Notes: generated by a model not told the origin, from the letters alone. A stretch of 64,000 nt of DNA from Lama glama (GCA_028534125.1 CM052817.1:10294001-10358000), one strand, 5' to 3'; shown: positions 37,065-50,398, counted from the first letter of the stretch. Numbers and translations: made by a program.

Positions 37065-37240
37065 TTAGAATCAGGCAGAGCTGCCTGGGTTGGAATCCTG
37101 GCTTCTCAGCTTCTTAAGCTGATCTCTGAACCACTAGTCCCACTAGTCTCAGTTTTCTCCACTTCTGCACAGGGAGACTGAATCCCAAGTCCCTCGTTTG
37201 GCTTTGGAATTCCATTAGGTAATGGATGTGTAATGAATGT
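37065..37240 (+). mobile_element. MIR SINE
   Basis: CTGCCTGGGTTGGAATCCTGGCT...TCTCAGTTTTCTCC. Confidence 0.6.
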
Positions 37241-39754
37241 GCTATTCTCCATCCTAATCAAGGTGTCAGGAATGTTGCTTGACATTTTTGCTTGTATACT
37301 GACTTAACCAGCATACACCAGAGTTGAATGAAAAAATATCTCACTTTGAAGTGACTCCATCCCAGAGTTGTTACTGGAGTTGGATTAATAGTTACAGGAG
37401 CTTCTCAGGCTGAGGACAACATTCTGAGGTTTTGTCTTGCCCAGGACCACATGGTGCTGAGCTCTGCTGAGTGTCCACTTCCTTGAACACACTGAGCTAC
37501 AGAGCTGACTGCCTCGGCTCCCAAAGATCTGGGAATAAGGACAAGATCTCAAGCCAGCTTGAGGTTTGGCCACTCTGTTAGGACACCTGCATTGCACTGG
37601 AGCATGCATCAGCATGCAAAGCGTGACTTCGTATGTGCGTGTGCGTATGCCGTGTCTATCACCCACACGCTGCTTGCTCCCTAATCAGGAGAGCACATTC
37701 TGGTGGAGACAGACTGACACCAATGTCTGCCATCCATGTCGGATTGATAACTTGGGCTTTGCTGAGTAACTCAGTGAATGTCTGAAATGGTTTTTTTTTG
37801 ACTGGTGAAACTGATGAGTTAACCCGAATGATGCGTATTAGAAATGGACTCGCAGTGGTGACATTAAAGACGTGCAGATCGGCCAGAACATCTTGGAGAC
37901 AGTCTTTACCATTGTCTGAATCCTGCAAGGCCTCCAGCCTGGGCCCCTGGGCATGGTGCCCTCGGCTCTCACTCGCACACTCCCCTCCTGCACCACCTTC
38001 TTCGCATCTTCTTGCAGAGCTAGCCTGGAGCTTCCTCCTCAGGAAAGAATCCTGCTTCAGACTCTGCCATGGTCCTGCACGTGTGTGCACAGCTCACAAC
38101 TGTGGAATCCTTACGGCCTGCCTGCCTCAGTCACGCAGCTCCCACCCTCACCTCCCACTGCTGGGCCAACGGATGCAGGGAGCTGCGGGCATCCTACCTT
38201 GAAAACCACACCTGGGTCCCCATGTGCTCTCCTTGGGTCCCCTTAGCTGCTAATCAGTTTGGGGAATCTTTATCCTGACAGGGAGTCATGGCAGGACCAC
38301 CTTCTGTGTTGGCTCAGACAATAGGGCTTAATTCTGCTTTGGCCTTGCGCCTGCCCACGTGCTCTGTCTGTGACCCCAGGACCCCTTTCTGACTCAGCCT
38401 CTACCTGGCCCATGACTATCCCTTCTTCCTCGGGGCCGAGTCCCTCCTCTTTCCTCACCCTACTCACTTGCTCACCTACTAACACAGTCCGAAGGAACTG
38501 CTTTAAAAATCAGTTTGCCTTAAGTTAGTTCAAAAGGACCCAGTTAATACACTTGAAATAGATTTCAGTGGATAAATGTTTAACTCAGGAGCAACTCCTT
38601 GTCCCATTCATTCTGCCCACAGACATTTTTTTAAATAAAGGCTTATTAGGTAATAGATGCTGGGAATACAGCGGTGACTGAGGCATCTCTTTTAGTCTTC
38701 AAAAAGCTGAGTGTGGTCAGGTGCACGGTGAGTGACCCATCAGCACCAGAACAACGGCCAAGTGCAGGTGGAGGATGCTGTGGGGAGGTAGGAGGGGGCC
38801 CGGAGCCAGATGGGGCGCCTCTAGATGGTACCACTAACAAGCTGCTTTGCAGGGATTCACTCGGGTAGGTTGCGCCCCCACAGGTTCTGTAAGCTGAAGG
38901 TGGGTCCCGATGTCCTGTTGCTTTATCTTCAGAACAAAGCGTAGTGCTGTGTGATGTCCTGAGTAAGTGGAAAAGAACATTGTTCCGGAAGCGCAGCCAT
39001 GTCAGTTACATTCTGTGGGTAAGGAGAACACAATGTTATTTTTAACCCTAAAACTGAAATGAGTAGGAAGGACTATAAAACGAGACCACCTGGGAAGAAT
39101 GAAGAACCATCGTGAAGACATCCTGACAACTGAAAGCAAAAGCTTAAGGAGGCGTGAGGAAGCCAGTTTTGGGGGAGCTGCTGACGCCGCCTAGAGCTTC
39201 AGAGAAGGGATGACTCAGAGGGACAGGCGCCCGCAGGCACGTGCCTGCTGTCTTGGAGCAGGAGGAGGACATCCAGGGGTTCCGGCCATTCCTGGTGCAT
39301 TGCCGTCCTGATGAGGGTCTGCCACGGAGGTGCAGGCAGACATCCAGACCTCGCAGGAGAGTGTTTTCTCTGAAGACAGGTTAGTCCCCTGCCTTCCCGA
39401 GGAAGGCTGTTTGCGCTCCAGAGTGCCTTTCCCTGGGCTGGGTGACTCACAGCTGCCAGGGATTTACACTGGTCTTTCTTCACACGCGAGAGTCTGATTT
39501 CCACACGTGCCTGTGGGAAGTTTCGTGTTTCAGTTTGGAAGGCGTCAGGGGCAGATCTTCAGAGGGGATGTCTGCTCCGGGTGAAGCTGCGTCTCGTTCA
39601 CTTGGCGGGGGCGCTGCAGGGCGGGCTCGTAGTCACAGACAAACCGTATGTGGCTGGGAATCCCAATCTTTCTAGTTACCGGGTCCCCCCAACCTCACCC
39701 CTATAGTCAGGGGTGAATCTGTAAGTGACAGACACAGGGCTGGCGGGAAGCACG

Positions 39755-39972
39755 TGAGCTTCATGGACCTGGATACGATGCCGCTCTGTCCCTACCTGTC
39801 TATGTGGTTCTGGTCAAGTTCCTCAATCTCTTCTCTCTGACCTTCTGTTTCTTTATCTATTACATACAAATAACTGTAACCTTCATACCATTCTGCGGTT
39901 CATAGCAAGGATTAAACAATAGGACACGGAAGCCAAATGGTGCATAACAAGTGCCAGAAAAATGTCAGTTTC
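39755..39972 (+). mobile_element. MIR SINE (degenerate)
   Basis: TATGTGGTTCTGGTCAAGTTCCTCAATCTC...CTGTTTCTTTATCT...AGGATTAAA. Confidence 0.55.
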
Positions 39973-40776
39973 CTTCCCTTCCTTCTTCCGCTTAGCCCCT
40001 TCAAGGGCTCCCTGAAAGCACCAACGCAGTCAGACCAGAGTCTGCTTGTACGTGTATCAGGAATTTCACTGAATTGGAGAAAATATATAGATTGAAGTTA
40101 ACAACATGGTTAAGAGCCATGAACTGGGGAGAATTTTTACTTTCCGGAGGATGGTTAGTGTATTGAGTGAACATCAATCTTCAAGGAAGGCTGGGGTCAG
40201 TGAGCCTCCAGCAGACAGACACCACCACGCTCCCAGCCTGCCTTGCACCCTGCAGACGAGAGCGCCGCACCTGATCTTCATCATGCTTTTACACATTTCT
40301 CTCTCTATGTATATTTTGTATAAACCTCAAAGAAGCTTCCAGGATTGGATTGGGAGGAATTATTAGCTCCATTCTGCAGATGATGACACTGAGATACAGC
40401 CTGTTTGGGTTCGAGAAGAGTGGCTGCAGAAAGTAGAATCCAGGTCCCAGTCAGCTGCTGCCTCTGCAGTGGTCCCTGCATGGTTGTGTGAGGATGCGGT
40501 GTCCACGCTCTCTCCCTTGTCCTACTCCGCAATATGCAAGTGTTGTTCACATATCTGTCTTCCTGTACCTGGCCTTGAGTTTAACAAGCCGGGTCCCACA
40601 TCCCCACATCCAAAGCCATCATTGGGAAATTTGTGGGGCAAAGGGATGCTAAGCACAGCTGTGGAAGTAGAGGCTCTTGGAAGCACACAGGTGGGGTCCT
40701 TGGGGCTTCCTGCCACTAACAGTAGCCCTGACCAAGAGCCACGGGGTTGGCAAAAGATTTGTGTCTTGGTCTCGGG

Positions 40777-40963
40777 CAATGGTTCTTAAATTTGAATGTG
40801 TGTCAGGGTTACCTGTAAGGCTTATTAAAACAGATTTCTGGGCCTCCCATCCAGAATTTCTGATTTGATAAACCTGGGCTGGGACCTGAGGGTTTGCATT
40901 TCTAGGAAGTTCCTGGATGGGGCTGACACTGATGGTCTGGGAACCACAGAGTGAAAACCGCTG
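40777..40963. mobile_element. MER5A MITE
   Basis: CAATGGTTCTTAAATTTGAATGTG...TTTCTGATT...CTGGGCTGGGACCTGAG...TTGCATTTCTA...GGTCTGGGAACCACA...GAAAACCGCTG. Confidence 0.85.
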
Positions 40964-40971
40964 GACTTCGG

Positions 40972-41135
40972 GAGTGGCTCTTCACGTTGGCTGCACGCTA
41001 GAGGAACTCAGACAGTTCCAAATCCCAGACTGCACCCCCGGCCAATTCAATCTGAATCTCTGGAGGTAGAACTGAGGTTCAGTAGTTTTAAAGCTCCCTA
41101 AGTGATTACAGAGTGCTGATAAATTTGAGAACTAA
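40972..41135. mobile_element. second MER5-family MITE (MER5A1/MER5B-like), tandem to MER5A
   Basis: GAGTGGCTCTTCACGTTGGCTGCAC...CCAATTCAATCTGAATCTCTGGAGGT...AAGCTCCCTAAGTGATT...TTTGAGAAC. Confidence 0.75.
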
Positions 41136-41374
41136 CTCTAGGGAGGTTAGAAGGCCTGGGTTCAAGCTCCACGTGGGATTGAAGGAGGATGCTCAGTGGA
41201 TTAAACCAGAGATTCTCCAAATGGAAGAGCGTGTTGTAACATGATATAAACTCTCATGAGCAGACATCAAACTTGCTGTCAACCTAGTCCCAAGGTTTAA
41301 TCCCCTGTGAAATTTCAAAGATTCAGTGTGCGTGTGGAAATTTTCTGTTGGTTCCAAGGAGGCAGGAATGATGA

Positions 41375-41921
41375 TGCGTCACACATCAGACTTGATGTTG
41401 CTCATTAGATGGGCCGGCTTTTGAGGTGACCCTTGGCTGGCATCTGGGGACCTGGCTTTGGAGTCTTCTCTCCATTAGTAATGGATAAGGCTGTTTTGGA
41501 TGCCCAGGGTGCTGAAACCTGCTGTACCAACCTGCCTAGACTATTTGGGCAAACAATGTGGATGGTGAACACCTGCTTCCCTTCTGGGGGTGACCAGATG
41601 TCTAGGTGAACAGCCCACAATGACAGCCTTGAACGCTGAGTCTCACGTGTGCCTCCTCAGCAGAAACGTGGTGCACGCGGTGCTGTATTTCACTGTTGTG
41701 GGAAGGAGCACTTGCTACATGACAGCCCCCCTGGGAGGGAGAACATATGAAGCCTGCATCTGGACTCCTGCAGACGCGCCCCTAATGAGCGTATCTCCCA
41801 TCCTGACCTGGCTGCGTTTCCTCCCTTGTAAGAGCACAGACATGAGTACAACCACCTCTGAGGCCCGGGAGTCCTTTTGGCCAAGTTACCAAACGTATTT
41901 GTGGAACTTCCAAAAAAGACG
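41375..41921 (+). mobile_element. ERVL solo LTR, MER68/MER77-like
   Basis: CCCTTGGCTGGCATCTGGG, TGCCTAGACTATTTGGGCAAACAAT, TGAACACCTGCTTCCCTTCTGGG, GGGAGGGAGAACATATGAAGCCTGCA, CATGAGTACAAC. Confidence 0.75.
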
Positions 41922-43579
41922 GTGAACACTTTTGTATGAAATTAGACATGAATTTTTATATGCAGCCTATACCAAGTAGGGAGTTTTATATGTAGCCCTG
42001 TATGTTATATTCTGTAATACAGAGAGATTCTGTGTCTGAAATAGAATGTAGACAATTAATAGAATCAGACAAAGGAAATTATATAATTTGGGATTCCTAA
42101 AGCCACAGCAAGAAAGACTAGGATGGAATCTGAAAGTACGTTGGGCTGATGACAGAGATTAACCTCATCTGTAGGAAGACTCAGTGATGGATAAATGGCC
42201 TTACTGAGCCCATGAACTTGTACCTCCCACTGAGGTGGCTGTGTCTACAGTGACTGAACCGAGGGCTCCTGAATCCTTCCAGCTGTCCTGTCTTGTTTCT
42301 CGCAACACTTTCATCTGTGTGTGATGCAGAGGGTCTTCTGAGTCACCATCCACCATGACAGCTGGCCCTTGACTTTCTCTGCCAGCCTCTTAATGCCACT
42401 AAACAGGAACAACCCCCAGTCCGCACCCCACCCCAACCCAGTCCCTGTCAAGAGGGAGAAGGTCTGAAGAAGGGGTTGTGGCTAAAGGGACTTGGGAGGT
42501 CAAGGGTCGCTGGGCAAGACACTCTCTAAGGATCCTTATGACCCTAAAATTCTGAGCTCCTGACATTCTGAGTCTTAGCCTCCTCATCTGTAAGATGGGC
42601 ACAAGGCCTGCTGACTATCTTAAACATCATGGACTCTAAACCGAATCCAGATCTGCTTCCCGGTCTTCTCTCGTGTACTCTTTCCTGCAGTGGTAATAAA
42701 ATTGGCAGCATTTCCTGACTGCTGTGTGCCAGACATCATGCTAACCTCTTTGCATGCATCATCTCATTTAATCCTTGCAATAGGCTAGGGCTGAATCCCG
42801 GCCTCATTATCTGATTTTATCCACTTTTAAAGCAGCGAAGTCCCTGTTAAATCAGCACTGAGTATGTGGTAAAGTATTAAATCTAACTGCCAGCCCTAGG
42901 ACCGGAGGCCCAAGCCAAATGCTAGTGATTGAGATCATACCTCTGACATGGGGCAGCACTGAGGGCAGCAGTTTCTAATTGGACAGTCAAGCCTTTGCTG
43001 AGTGAAATCAGCCTCTCCTCCAAATACTCTTGGAGATGATGGTTTCCATCTCCTTCCCAAGTTGCTGTGCCAACTGTAAAGGTTAAGAGTTTGATAGTCT
43101 CATTGGCTTGGGCTTGAATCTTAGTGTTGATTCCCCTGGAATTCAGGGAAATTATTTTGTCTCTCTGAGCCAATTTCCCCATTTAAACAATGGGATATAC
43201 ACAATGGACACTTCTTGTTAAATGTTTAAAATATTTACAAATGGTCCAACAAAGACATCAATCTATGGAGACAGATACCTTGCGGTACTGGGTAACTGGA
43301 GGGGGCAATTCAGAGGGTCTGTGAACAAGCCTTCCTTCTCCATTTTTCAGTTTCCCCACAAATGGACTGTGGCTGTGAATTTGGGTGGGGAGTGATTTGG
43401 AGGATGGAACAGGAAAAAGAAGATGGACAGTTAGTGAGTGAAGCCCAGGAGACCCACATGTTGAGAAGAGCTTTCCTTGAGTAACTAAGAGGGAGTTGCA
43501 GTTGAAATCAAAGAACCAGAGGGAGGTATGGAAACTAACTCTGCAGAGTGGCCACTCTGTGCCACGCACTTGTTGGCAG

Positions 43580-43845
43580 GCAGTGGTTAAACAGAGGGCA
43601 GTGCCCGGAGGTATGGCCTGAGAGTAAGCCAGGCTCCATCACTTACTAGCTATATGAGCTTGGGAAAATTGCCTAGCTTCTGTGTGTCTCACTTTCTTCA
43701 TCTGTGAAATGGCAACAATAATAATATACACCCCATGTTGATGTTGTGAATAGTGCACACCATGTATCTGATGAAGTGAATTAATCTAGGTTAAGTGCTA
43801 GGAACCGTCTGGAAAAAAACTGAACACTCAATAAGTGCTGGGTAT
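43580..43845 (+). mobile_element. MIR SINE
   Basis: GTGGTTAA...CACTTACTAGCTATATGAGCTTGGG...TTCTTCATCTGTGAAATGG...CTCAATAAGTGCT. Confidence 0.8.
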
Positions 43846-44164
43846 TAAAAAGATCATGAATATTATATTTGAACATTTTATTTCAGGTTATTAAACCATA
43901 AACTTTTATTATGGTTCTAATTTCATAAATTAGGAAATTGAGGTTCAGGGAGGTAAAGAAACCAGCCAAAGATAACACATATTAAAAGGTTTCATTCAAA
44001 GTCAGAATCTAAATGTTTTGGACTCTAAATTTAAATTTTTCCTAGTCCATACTTAGGGAAAGAGTGGTAGGCCACTACATGAATTGAGACAGGGAAAGAC
44101 AAGGTTCTAATGATGTGTATGACAACCACTTCATGGTCTTTAACCAAGTGTTATTAATTGGGGG

Positions 44165-44196
44165 AAACAAAACAAAACAAAACAAAACAACAAACC
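44165..44196. repeat. (AAAAC)n microsatellite
   Basis: AAACAAAACAAAACAAAACAAAAC. Confidence 0.9.
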
Positions 44197-44267
44197 CAAG
44201 GCTCAGAGCAGCTTACTACCTCTTGCATAAGTGGGAGGAGGAGGAGGAGACAGGTAGAGGCATGCTA

Positions 44268-44378
44268 GAGGCAGCTTGTTAAACTTTCAGGAATTTTTCC
44301 AGCCAATTGGGCATCCCCATGGGAGCTTGAAATTGGCCATGTTAAGTATATTTACACCATAAAAACTGGCAAACATAC
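44268..44378 (+). mobile_element. MER63-like hAT-Blackjack fragment
   Basis: TTGTTAAACTTTCAGGAATTTT...AGCTTGAAATTGGCCATG...TATTTACACCATAAAAACTGGCAAAC. Confidence 0.65.
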
Positions 44379-44379
44379 T

Positions 44380-45652
44380 GAAAAGATAAAAACTAATACA
44401 AAATGATTAGCTAGGATGGAGGGGAGAGGATGGAAGGGATAAGGGGTAAAAGCAAGATTTCTCTGGGTGGAACATTCTGGATAGTTTTGGCCTGTAAATC
44501 ATGCAAATACACTGCTATTAAAATAAATCTCTTAAATTGAAAATAATAAACGAAAGAACCTAACCATATGTCAAGTTGGCAGCACAGGCACAGAGAACAA
44601 ATTTATTCCGTGGGCTTTAGAATACTGTAATCCTTAATGGGAACTGTTCAAAGGATGAGAAGAGGTGAAAGAAATTTTAAACGTCCATAAATATTTTTAT
44701 TGTTCATAGTAATTGCAGCACTGATTCTCTGAAACTTTTTGTTTTATAATATTGGTTAGAGCAAATGAATAATCAAGTTAATGTTCTCAGAAGTTACCAT
44801 TTTCAGTGTAAGACACAATTATAAAGGTAAAGAAAATGTTACTGGATTGAAATATCAATAAGAACACATGATTTTACAGACACGCACACACACTGTTTTC
44901 CCTAGTTCTATCCATACAAGTGGCGGCAAAGAGCACACTCTGGCATCCAGATTATGGCCTCTGAGTCAGTTATCCACGAAAAGAAACTGGAGATTCTCAG
45001 AAAAATGGGGAATTCTGGTCTGGGCTAAAATGAACTAGAAACATCTTGTGCCCCAAAGCAAAGAACCTGTCAAAGTTTAACAGCGTAACGTAAAAAAAGA
45101 CACATGAGTCAGCTTAAAATGTGTTATAAAATGTTATGAGAATTTGATCATAAAACAGTAATTATTCTAATAGATGAAAACATTTAATCAATAAAAAGCC
45201 ATGAGTCTGTAATGATAGTAAAGAAAAGATGAAGAAAAATCTCATTTGTTACCATTTGAGGCAGTTTCAAAAGAATAACTGATCCCTCTGAAAATTGGTA
45301 ATTATTGGACAGTACTAAACACCCTACCTTTCCAATAGAACTTACGTTTTGGTGTTACCAAATAGCCCTGGTTGATGGCAGAAATCTCTATTTTATAAGA
45401 GAACATTATCTAATAAATAGGAAAGGAGTAATAAAATTAAAATATCTCATTTTACAAACCCTCTGGGAAACACTGATTGAAGGAAAGATTTTTCTATTAG
45501 TAGTAAAATCGTTAGATGAATGTCTGATGGAGAACTGGGCATTTGATAGTGAAAAAGAAATAGCTAACAGGTTACTTTCTGGATGTAAGTGAAAAATAAC
45601 AACAGTACAATGAAATAGGTGGGAGTCAACCTTAGCCTCCCCAGTGATGAGT
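44380..45652 (+). mobile_element. L1MC-type long 3' UTR fragment
   Basis: TTTCCCTAGTTCTATCCA...GAGCACAC...CCAGAT...ACTAGAAACATCTTGTG...AATTAAAATATCTCATTTTACAAACC. Confidence 0.65.
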
Positions 45653-46000
45653 GTATTAGTTTGCCAGAGCTGCAACAACAAAGCATCGGAGACTAGATGG
45701 TTGACACATCACTGATTTATTTACTGGTGATTCTGGAGGCTCGAAGTACAGGATCAAGATATCAGGAGGTGAGTGTCTTCTGAGCCCTCTTTCCTCATCT
45801 TCTCCCTATGTCTTCACGTGGTGTTCCCTCTGTCTGTGTCCTAATCTCCTTTTCTTTAAGGACATAGTCATATTGGATTAGAGCTCACTCTAATGATCTC
45901 ATTTTAACTCAATTACCTCTTGAAAGACCTCATCTCCGAATACAGTCATGTTGTGAGGAATTGGAGGTTAGAATTTCAACATATGGATTGGGAGTGGGAG
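45653..46000 (-). mobile_element. MaLR LTR, MLT1B-like
   Basis: TGTATTAGTTTGCCAGAGCTGC...TGTGTCCTAATCTCC...GTCATATTGGATTAG...TTACCTCTTGAAAGACCTCATCTCCGAATACAGTCA. Confidence 0.85.
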
Positions 46001-46029
46001 GAGGAAGGACTATAACTCAGTCTGTAGCA

Positions 46030-46266
46030 TATCTTGCAGATGGCTGCCTTCTAACTGGGTCCTCATATGGCAGAGAGCACAAGAGAGAGAGAGAGGGGGA
46101 GAGAGAGAGATAGCGAGCAAGAGAACTCTCTGGTGTTTGGGCCCCACCCTCATAACCTCATCTAAACCTAAGTATCTCCCAAAGACCCCCATTTCCAAAT
46201 ACCATCACATTGGGGCTAGGGATCCAGTTTATGAATTTAGGGGGGACACAATTCAGTCCGCAGCAA
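46030..46266 (-). mobile_element. MaLR LTR part, MLT1A-like
   Basis: TTGCAGATGGCTGCCTTCT...TCCTCATATGGCAGAGAG...CCCCACCCTCATAACCTCATCTAAACCTAA...GGGGGACACAATTCAGTCC. Confidence 0.8.
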
Positions 46267-46274
46267 TCTCTTTA

Positions 46275-46545
46275 AAGATAATTGATTATGGTTGTAGAAA
46301 CATGAATCTACACACTGAATAATATTGTACAGAACTAAATACACACACACTTATCAGTACAAAGAAAACTGGGGAAATTTGAATAAGATTGGTTGTGTGT
46401 ATAAATGTCTATATCCTGATTGTGATACTGTACTATAGTTTTGCAGGATATCATCATTGAAGGAAACTGGATAAAGAATATATGGAATTTCTTTATTATA
46501 TCTTACAATCTACAGTTATCTCAAAATAATGAGTTTAATTAAGAA
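46275..46545 (+). mobile_element. L1MC-type 3' end
   Basis: AGAACTAAATACACACAC...AAAACTGGGGAAATTTGAATAAGAT...TACTATAGTTTTGCAGGAT...TATCTCAAAATAA. Confidence 0.8.
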
Positions 46546-46549
46546 AAGA

Positions 46550-47380
46550 TAATTTACTGTTTAAGCAAAAATAGTAACAAAGTAATGTGTGATTCGTAAC
46601 ATTATGTAAAAGTAACACCTCTTAAAATGATGGCACCAAGGTAGAGGGGGAAACATAGCAGTGTATGACTGAGAATTTCTTATACAACACATGAAATTGT
46701 AAAATATCACTTGAGGGTGGACTGTGATAAGTTAAAAGATATTAACCCTAAAGCAACCACTGTATTAACATAACAAAGAGGATTAATTTCTAAGCCAAAG
46801 AGGAGATACAGTGGAATACTAAAAATTCTTACTCCTAAAATGGGTAAAAAGACAGAGGAAAAATAGAGCAGACAAATAGAAAGAGAGGCACAGAGAAAAC
46901 AGAATGGTCATAAATTTAAAACTGATCATATTAAGAATCATTTTAGCAGAGATGGTCAGATTGGATAAAAAAGTAAGAGCCATCAATATTCTTACTACAA
47001 TAAGCCCATTTAAATATAAAGCACAAATAGTTTGAAAGAAAACAATGGGTAAATATCTAGAAAGCTAACATTATACAAGAGAAAGCTGCAGTGTCTGTAT
47101 TAACATCAGACGAAGCAGATTTTGGAGCAAAGAATACTCCTAGGGTTGAAGAAGCCATATGATAATGGTTAAGGCATAAATTCATCAAGAGAACATGACA
47201 ATTTGAAATTTTTATGTCACTGATAACAAAACATCCAAATACACAAAGCATCAATGGATAGAGCTGCCAAAGATGAAGACAAGCCACAGTTACAGCTGGA
47301 GATTTCAACACTTCTCGTCCAATGATTGACAGAACAAGCAGACAGAAAATCAATAAGGATATTGAAGATCTGAAGAACAC
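46550..47380 (+). mobile_element. ancient LINE-1 inter-ORF region plus decayed ORF2 endonuclease domain
   Basis: translates in part to ...AGDFNT...IDRTSRQKINKDIEDLKNT (L1 endonuclease motif); many stops and frameshifts. Confidence 0.8.
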
Positions 47381-48934
47381 ACAGAGGTGGCAGAGGCAGG
47401 ATTCAGCTCCAGAGCCCTTTCCCTTAGTCTACACCATGCTAGTCCATGATGCGGTGGCCATCAGGCTATTTCACCGTGCCACTGGAGGACTGGCTCCGTG
47501 GACCCATTCAGAATAGACACATGGATTCACCAAGCATTGAGTACCAGTCTTGCCTGATTTTCAGAGATCATTCTTTCTTTCTTAGTAAGAAGGCTTGAGG
47601 GAGAGGCCTTTTATGCAGGAGTTTGAAGATCAGGTAAGATTTCCGATCTTAGAGGAAATTACTCCTGCAACAGGCACTGAAGTCAGTGTTCCCTAGGCTT
47701 GGTCAGACTCTGGATAAATTGTTCTCTTGGGTGAAACACCCTGATATCTAAAGAGTACCTGAGAAAGATTCACAAAGCAGGTAGGGCTGGTTTAAATGTG
47801 ACCTAAGTAGCAATCTTCTTCCACCTTGCCTGCAGGTCAACATGCTGGTCCAACCTTTTGCTTCACTTTTTTGTGCTGTCAAGAATTTTCACCCTTGGAT
47901 TTAAAAATGCAAATATCTCTCAGGTTGATATATTTGGGCTTCTGCGCACTTGACCTAATATAATAAATACTGCACTAGAAGTTCAAGTCTGCTGCTTGTT
48001 AATCGGTCCTTTTACTACCCCAGAACTCTGCTTCATCCCTTCTCACTTGGGTCCATACGGTGGTTGTGAAAATTGAATGAGATGATGTGTTTTCTACTCA
48101 GCATCCACTCATCTGGCCCTTGCCAGGGTTAGCTTCCTACCTTCTTAATGAACAAAAGGAAAAATAGGATGAGACCCAAGACCAGGACAGACAGGAGAGA
48201 GAAGAAGCTGACAGTTGATGTGAAAGAGCCAGTTTTCTTTATCTGGATGGTTTTTGGGAGGAAGAGCCCTGCACAGAGATCTATCAACTTAAAGTATACA
48301 GATTGTAAATGGCTTTGTCTCTCATTTTCTTTTCTCCTGCCCAAAGCTACCCCCATCAATAGAATCAGCCAAGAGAAGTTGTTTTAAGATGCAGCTACAA
48401 AGGCTGCCCTCAGTGATAATTTTCCAAAATAGTGCAGAATTCAGTCTAACTTTATTCTGGCTATTGGATCTTGGAGCAGAAAATTAGCAAAGTGGAACTT
48501 GGAAAATGTATCTTATCTCTGATAGCAGCTGAAGAGTTAATTCACTAAGTAAAGATTTAAAAATAACACCTGAGTTACTTCAGAGCCATTTTCCTAAAGA
48601 GGCTGGTGGAGCTACTGAAATAACCATTCTTAAAAGCTTTTCCAGTCCTTCAACCCCCCAGAGATCATTTAAGGAGAAGGATAAAACTTTATGTGATGAA
48701 ATGAGAACTGAGGAAAAGATGATAAGAAGAGTTAAATGACTGCTTCAAATCGAGTGTTTGCTAAATGTCTTCTAAATGCGTTGACAAAAGAGACGCCAGG
48801 AGACTGACTCCACAGAGCCATTCCAGAGAGGGGCTCCCAACGAGATCAGATTCCTGCAAAGTTCTGGAGACTGTGTTTTTAAATTAAAGCAGTGCAAGGG
48901 AAATCACTCTGCAGAGGAGCTGTTGTTGGTCATT

Positions 48935-49105
48935 TGATGATGTGATAGTGACTCGTTCTTACCCTCTGGGTCCTGGTCTCTACAAGGGGAGCAGTAATAG
49001 TATTCATCTCAAAGGGTGATTATAAAGAGTAAATGTGAAAATTGATTCACATGTCTTAGAACGGTGCCTTGTATACAGTAACTGCTCAATAAACCAACTA
49101 TTCTT
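48935..49105 (+). mobile_element. MIR fragment
   Basis: TAATAGTATTCATCTCAAAGGG...CTTAGAACGGTGCCTTG...TGCTCAATAAA. Confidence 0.6.
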
Positions 49106-49176
49106 AATTTATTAATGGCTTTTTCCCATCAAACCTGCTGCACCCACCATGTGCTGGACACAGTGGTAAGGTAAAA

Positions 49177-49620
49177 TGTTTATCCAGTTAGGCTCATAGC
49201 TGCAAAAAACAAAAACAAAAAACAAACAAAAAAACCCAACCCAGAATCTATTCTAGTTAATTGAGGCAGAAAAGAAATTTGTCAAAGGATATTTGATAGC
49301 TCCTAGAATCTGTTGGGAGGGCCAGCTATTGGCCAGCATTGGCAGCCACAGCGCCTATTTTTCCCACAGGACTTCTCCAGCAGAGCCTCTGCTGTGCTCA
49401 TGTCACCTGGGAGAAGCTTCTTAGACTGCAACCAGTGCTGAAAGCCAAATGTCCATCTTGCTGAAATGCCTTCCACACGGCCCCACCTTCCTCAGAATAC
49501 TGCGTCTGAACTGGGATCTCCAGTGAGTTCTGATTGGAGGAGGCTTGGTCACATGCTTAGCTGCCCTTGCTGCAAGGGAATCTGGTAATATGAGTTTCTC
49601 TATTTTAACTTCTTCAAAAA
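49177..49620 (-). mobile_element. old MaLR LTR (MLT1K/L-like)
   Basis: GCAGAAAAGAAATTTGTCAAAGGATATT...TCTGATTGG...TTGGTCACATGC...GCTGCAAGGGAATCTGG. Confidence 0.55.
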
Positions 49621-49759
49621 GCTGTGACAAACATCCACTAGATCTAGTCTCTGACTTCCAAGAGCTCAGTCTTGTGTCTATGTCAGAGATATAAATACAT
49701 TATTACAACATCAGGAGCATGGAAGTTTGTATTATTATCAAAAAATACTCCCTCACTCC

Positions 49760-50148
49760 CCAAGGTGATTAGTCTGCTTGATGTTAGACCTAGTCATTTG
49801 GGCTTGCTTTTGTCTATGGAATTGTGGGAGGGAGTGATGGTTTGCCGTATCTAAGCAGAGGTTTTAAGAAGTATTGTAAATTTTCTCTAACTTTTCTTTT
49901 GTGTTCTATTCCTTTACTATGAACACTTAATGGTCCTGATTGGGGTTAGCTCCTCAGCCTGGGTACTTAAATGAGAAAATACAAGGATCAGATCCGGACT
50001 CGATCACAACCTGGCAGAGCCACAGCATTTGACCCACTGCTGCTAAAATGCAACATGAGCCAAGAAATAAGTTTCTGTGTTTGCAAGCCTTTGAGGTTTG
50101 GAGATTATTTGTTATGTAGCATTATTGCAGACAAAGCTGACTGATACA
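49760..50148 (+). mobile_element. old MaLR LTR (MLT1H/I-like)
   Basis: 3' end AGAAATAAG...AAGCCTTTGAGGTTTGGAGATTATTTGTTATGTAGCATTATTGCAG...AAGCTGACTGATACA. Confidence 0.65.
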
Positions 50149-50398
50149 AGGAGATAAAGGAAGATAGAGGTACATACTAAGTGCTAGAGGAAACCCACAG
50201 CAGGGAATAAAAAACTGGGGACTCTAGGGAAAGCATAACAAGGGAGATGAAATTTGTGAGAGTTTTGGAGGTATTTTGGATTTCTCCAGAAGAAAAGCTT
50301 AGGGAAGTTAATTTTTGGATGAAATATCTATCTATTGGCAAAGGGACAGAGAAGTAAAGTGATCAAGGTTATTCAGGGAAGTTGAATGGGTTCACTCC

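Noticed and set aside
38805..38835. CTCF-like CCTCTAGATGGTAC (also about 2065 and 13913)
   Set aside because: Two or more mismatches in the core; expected by chance in 64 kb.
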